A stretch of 64,000 bases of DNA from Candidatus Woesearchaeota archaeon (GTDB lineage: Archaea; Nanobdellota; Nanobdellia; UBA10117; GCA-020343615). The notes beneath the pieces were generated by a model. The model saw only the letters and a program-made list of their open reading frames with translations, was not told where the DNA came from and searched no databases. Shown in pieces: positions 60,166 through 64,000 of the stretch. Position 1 is the first letter of the stretch; every line of letters begins with the position of its first letter. The translations under genes were made by a program, and so were the position numbers. The stretch spans positions 628,166 through 692,165 of the forward strand of contig CP070803.1 of assembly GCA_020343615.1 (NCBI GenBank), given 5' to 3'.

Positions 60166-60906
60166 TTACCAAATACGAGACGTTCCTGTAGGAATATCTA
60201 AATTTATTTTTTTAAAATCAGGATTTTTATCAAGAAAAGAAATAACATCTCTAACTAAAATAGTATCTTTTTTTATTTTTTCAAAAATAATATTTGCAAG
60301 TCTAAGATCCCTTTTAGTATCTATTGTAAGGCGGATATCAGGTCTGTTAAGTTCTTTATCAAGCTCATATTTTTTGATCTTGAACATATCTTTATTATCC
60401 TTTATGAATGAAGTTACAAGCTCACTTTTATGTTTATCTTCACCAAGTTCATGTGATTTTATAAGAGCAGCGCTGTTTATAATTTCAACAATACAACCTA
60501 AAGGAAGGTCAATAGCATAGGAAAAATCATATCCTTTATCTATATGTTCTTCTATAAATTTGTCAAGCTTTTCGAAATAAAATAAAGGATTTTCAGATGT
60601 AAGTCGGAGTAAAACATCAACATCAAACTTTTTTATACAATCTACATATCTTTTTAAAACATCTTCCTCGTCCCCAATAAAATAATCAACATTTAACCTT
60701 TTTGCAAGTTCAATAAATACAGAATTCTCTTTTTTATCTGAGGTAGCGATTATAATTTGATCAATGTTCCTTAGTTTTTTAACTCTTTCAATAACATGCT
60801 CTATTGTTGGCTTCCCAGTGATTAGTTTCATGGGTTTTCCATACATTCTCTTAGAATCCATTCTTGCAGCTACAATAGCAGCCACTTTTTTATCTTTAAA
60901 TCTCAT
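60166..60906 (-). CDS. SpsF-type cytidylyltransferase
   Basis: ARMDSKRMYGK, GDEEDVLKRY, RLTIDT. Confidence 0.85.
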   Translation of the reverse strand: MRFKDKKVAAIVAARMDSKRMYGKPMKLITGKPTIEHVIERVKKLRNIDQIIIATSDKKENSVFIELAKRLNVDYFIGDEEDVLKRYVDCIKKFDVDVLLRLTSENPLFYFEKLDKFIEEHIDKGYDFSYAIDLPLGCIVEIINSAALIKSHELGEDKHKSELVTSFIKDNKDMFKIKKYELDKELNRPDIRLTIDTKRDLRLANIIFEKIKKDTILVRDVISFLDKNPDFKKINLDIPTGTSRIW

Positions 60907-61913
60907 ATTTCAAGTTTCTCCAAAGTTATTTCTTCGTCCTTTCTAATTTTTTCTTTAACTTTTTTACCTATAACCTTATCAACATTATAAGGATAAAGAC
61001 CTTGAGGAGATCTTTTAAAAGCAAGATTTTCTAAAGTCAATATTTCTCCAGCCGCAATATCCTTTTTAGCAACGATATGTTTCATAGTAGTGAAGAAATG
61101 CTTCTTTTGGGTTTCCGAGAGTACTAAGTTACTAGATCCAAACATTTCCTCTAAATCTCTAATTTCATTTACAAGCTTTTTAAAAACCGGAGGCTCAATT
61201 GCAGATTCCCAATCAATATTCTTCTTACTTTTATCTAAAGTGAAATGCTTCTCAAGAACAGTCGCACCTATAGCAACGCCTGCTATTGATGCAGTTAGTC
61301 CAGTTGTATGATCTGCGAAACCAATAGTATAATCAAATTCTTTTTGTAGCATGTTTAATATGTTAAGATTAATATGTTTTGATTTAGTAGGATAATCTTG
61401 GAAACCATGCATCAGGATTATTTTATTATTGCCAGCTTTTTCAATAATCGCGATAGCGTTTTTTAAGTCCTCCATTTCAACAAGGCCGAGATGTAAAATC
61501 ATAGGTTTTTTCTTTTTAGCAACATATTCTAAAAAATAAGGATTTCTTAAGTCTCCTGTGTGTATCTTAAAAATCTTAACACCGATAGAATCCATCAAAT
61601 CAACACTTTTTCTATCGTTCACATCAACAATAAACTCTAGATTATTCTCAGTTGCCGTTTTAAACAATTTAATCCACTGGTCTTTAGTAAATTCAAGTTT
61701 CTTATATAAATTATAATATTTGTGCTCTTTTACAGCAAAAGACTCCGCGAATAAACACTGGAATTTAACAGCATCTGCTCCAGTCTTTGCAGCAGCATTA
61801 ATCATTCTTTTTGCAGTTTCGAAGTCACCATTATGATTATTGGCAGCTTCCGCTATAATGAATATATGCTCATTCGTTCCAATAATTTTATTACCTAACT
61901 TTATTTTTTTCAT
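60903..61913 (-). CDS. second NeuB-family synthase
   Basis: IAEAANNHNG, AVKFQ, GFADHT, LEKHFTLD, SAF domain. Confidence 0.9.
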   Translation of the reverse strand: MKKIKLGNKIIGTNEHIFIIAEAANNHNGDFETAKRMINAAAKTGADAVKFQCLFAESFAVKEHKYYNLYKKLEFTKDQWIKLFKTATENNLEFIVDVNDRKSVDLMDSIGVKIFKIHTGDLRNPYFLEYVAKKKKPMILHLGLVEMEDLKNAIAIIEKAGNNKIILMHGFQDYPTKSKHINLNILNMLQKEFDYTIGFADHTTGLTASIAGVAIGATVLEKHFTLDKSKKNIDWESAIEPPVFKKLVNEIRDLEEMFGSSNLVLSETQKKHFFTTMKHIVAKKDIAAGEILTLENLAFKRSPQGLYPYNVDKVIGKKVKEKIRKDEEITLEKLEI

Positions 61914-63085
61914 TTCCTATCTATACTAATTATTTCTCCAACAGCATCAATCACATACTCAATATCCGCTTTTGTCATGCTAGGATATAGAGGTAATGAA
62001 ATAATGTTCTCATATATTTTTTCCGCTATTGGGAAATCTCCAACACAATAATTAAAAGTTTTCTTATAATATGGATGAATATGGAGAGGTATAAAATGTA
62101 CACTCGTTGAAATACTCCTCCTTTTTAACTCTTCAATAAATTCATTTCTATTTATTTTGAGATTTGAAGTATTAAGCCATATTGTGTATAAATGGTATAT
62201 GTTACCAACCTCATCTTTAATTTTTCTTAATTTAATTTCTGGAATCTTAGAAAAAGATTCATTATATATAGCTGCAAGCTTTCCTCTTTTTTTGTTTAAG
62301 TCACCTAATTTCTTTAATTGGGAGAGGCCCAAAGCAGCTTGAATATCACTCATATTATATTTATATCCTTTGTCTAATATTTCATAATACCAAGATCCTT
62401 CATCAGAGTAACGCTTCCAAGCATCTTTACTGATACCATGAAGCCTTAATATGTTCATCTTTTTAGCGTACTCCTTATCATTAGTCGTAACCATACCACC
62501 TTCTCCAGTGGTCATATTTTTTGTTGCGTAAAAGCTAAAGGCTGTTATGTCTCCAACATTGCCTATTTTTTTACCTTTGTATTCAGCACCAATAGCATGA
62601 GCAGCGTCTTCAATAACTTTTAAATTATGTTTTTTAGCAATAGCCATAATCTCATCCATATCGCACGGTTGACCACCATAGTGAACAGGGATTATTGCTC
62701 TGGTTTTAGAAGTTATTTTTGCTTCTATTTTTTTAGGATCAATGTTATAAGTATCTTCTTTTATATCTACAAATACAGGTTTAGCATCAAAGTAGCATAT
62801 AACCTCTCCAGTAGCTGCGAAAGTAAATGGAGAAGTTATAATTTCATCACCTTTTTTAATTCCAATAGAATCTAACGCAATATGAAGAGCCGCAGTACAA
62901 GAATTTACAGCTATAGAATATTTTGAGTTTGTATACTTACTAAATTCCTCTTCAAATTTTTTAGTCTTAGGTCCAGTAGTTATCCAACCAGACTTCAGAG
63001 TATCAACTACCTCGTTAATTTCTTCCTCTTCAATGTCCGGTTTAAAATAAGGAATCTTTCTCATTTGTCTCTTAAATTTAATCAT
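61910..63085 (-). CDS. DegT/DnrJ PLP sugar aminotransferase (PseC-like)
   Basis: NSCTAALH, EDAAHA, SFYATKNMTTGEGG. Confidence 0.92.
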   Translation of the reverse strand: MIKFKRQMRKIPYFKPDIEEEEINEVVDTLKSGWITTGPKTKKFEEEFSKYTNSKYSIAVNSCTAALHIALDSIGIKKGDEIITSPFTFAATGEVICYFDAKPVFVDIKEDTYNIDPKKIEAKITSKTRAIIPVHYGGQPCDMDEIMAIAKKHNLKVIEDAAHAIGAEYKGKKIGNVGDITAFSFYATKNMTTGEGGMVTTNDKEYAKKMNILRLHGISKDAWKRYSDEGSWYYEILDKGYKYNMSDIQAALGLSQLKKLGDLNKKRGKLAAIYNESFSKIPEIKLRKIKDEVGNIYHLYTIWLNTSNLKINRNEFIEELKRRSISTSVHFIPLHIHPYYKKTFNYCVGDFPIAEKIYENIISLPLYPSMTKADIEYVIDAVGEIISIDRK

Positions 63086-63999
63086 TTTAATTTATAGCTT
63101 TCAAGCTCGAGACAGTCTTTACATGCAGGAATTAGATGATGGTTTAAATTTTTATGATGTTTTCTTATAGCATTCAATTTTTTACCATTCCAGATGTTAT
63201 GTATAGTTTCTTTATTAACATCGCCAAGAATGCTTTTCATTTTCCAATCACCACAACACATCATGACCTTACCGTCATAAGATATTACTAACCTTTGCCA
63301 AAGCATAGAACAAGCTTTTCTACCAACAATTGTAGAACCTTCAACGTAAGGTTTGTTTTCTTTATAGTGTATTTCAGGATTTACAAAAACTTCATCTACT
63401 TTTGGTTCCCAGAAATCAACAAACTTATTTATCTCGTGTTCATTTTGTTTAAGTTTAACCATTTGTACACGAACAAAAGGCTTTACCGCATTTAACTCCT
63501 TTTTACGTTTTAAGAAATACTCAACATTTTCTGTTAACTTATCATAGCTTCCACCAACTCTTATCCTTTCATAAACATCTTTACTCGCGCCGTCAATAGA
63601 AAATATTATCCGATCTAGACCGGCCTCTATTAGCCCGTCAGCTTTTTCTTTGTCAAGTAATTGACCATTAGTATTAAATTGAACATCAATAATGCCCTTC
63701 TTTTTAGCATAATCAACCATTTCAACAATTTTAGGATGTAGTAATGGCTCCCCTCGCCAATTAAGTTTTATTGAACACAAATTATTTTTAGATCCTTCAT
63801 CGATAATTTTTTTATAAAGATTCCAACTAATAAGACCTGGAGGTGTACGTTTAACAGCATTAAAACACATTATACATCTTAGATTACATCCACTAGATGC
63901 TTCTATGTCTAAGTGAAGTGGAAATTTTGTTACGAGTTTAAGTTTAGGCGCATATATCCATTTTAACCTATATTTTCTATAATTTAAGTCTACGCCTCT
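63082..63999 (-). CDS. radical SAM/SPASM protein, 5'-truncated
   Basis: Frame is open to the window end; GCNLRCIMC, GEPLLHP, SPASM C...CC...C..C. Confidence 0.9.
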   Translation of the reverse strand, partial: RGVDLNYRKYRLKWIYAPKLKLVTKFPLHLDIEASSGCNLRCIMCFNAVKRTPPGLISWNLYKKIIDEGSKNNLCSIKLNWRGEPLLHPKIVEMVDYAKKKGIIDVQFNTNGQLLDKEKADGLIEAGLDRIIFSIDGASKDVYERIRVGGSYDKLTENVEYFLKRKKELNAVKPFVRVQMVKLKQNEHEINKFVDFWEPKVDEVFVNPEIHYKENKPYVEGSTIVGRKACSMLWQRLVISYDGKVMMCCGDWKMKSILGDVNKETIHNIWNGKKLNAIRKHHKNLNHHLIPACKDCLELESYKLK

Positions 64000-64000
64000 T

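Noticed and set aside
585..63495. Numerous short antisense/overlapping ORFs from the six-frame track (e.g. 10326-10604, 16501-16848, 23559-24005, 42230-42637, 54177-54608)
   Set aside because: They are shadows of well-supported genes on the opposite strand, with no motifs
1..64000. tRNA/rRNA genes
   Set aside because: No GC-rich structured intergenic segment or T-loop/D-loop signature noticed; tRNAscan-SE was not run

Overview
AT-rich chromosomal segment of an archaeon, most likely DPANN (Nanobdellota/Woesearchaeales-like). This is inferred from PolD, Orc1/Cdc6, a split Hef and TATA promoters, together with many bacterial-type metabolic genes. 0-15 kb is a replication locus: split Hef helicase + XPF nuclease, DP1, an ORB-containing origin (8.62-9.0 kb), cdc6, DP2 and a solo Cas4-like nuclease. 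19-27 kb is a deoxynucleotide/one-carbon block: glyA, tandem-domain thyX, dCMP deaminase, nrdR with three NrdR boxes, and class III RNR with a separately encoded glycyl-radical domain plus nrdG. 28-64 kb is a large surface-glycan island: ugd/galU, epimerases, an MTHFS-FolD fusion, cysDN, a formyltransferase and two AlkP/sulfatase-fold enzymes. It also holds a Campylobacter MeOPN-like phosphoramidate pathway (Cj1418/Cj1417/Cj1416 homologues + methyltransferase), Wzx, WbuXYZ-type amidination genes, two NeuB synthases and a radical SAM/SPASM gene. The most notable signals are (i) the archaeal phosphoramidate module with an AbrB-cytidylyltransferase-glutamine kinase fusion and (ii) three small RHH proteins sharing a C-terminal LxxLGY tail with CysD. 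Also notable are a non-canonical DP2 catalytic motif and an ORB site outside the origin. No rRNA, tRNA, CRISPR array or transposase was recognised. All calls come from reading motifs by eye; no database search was run.
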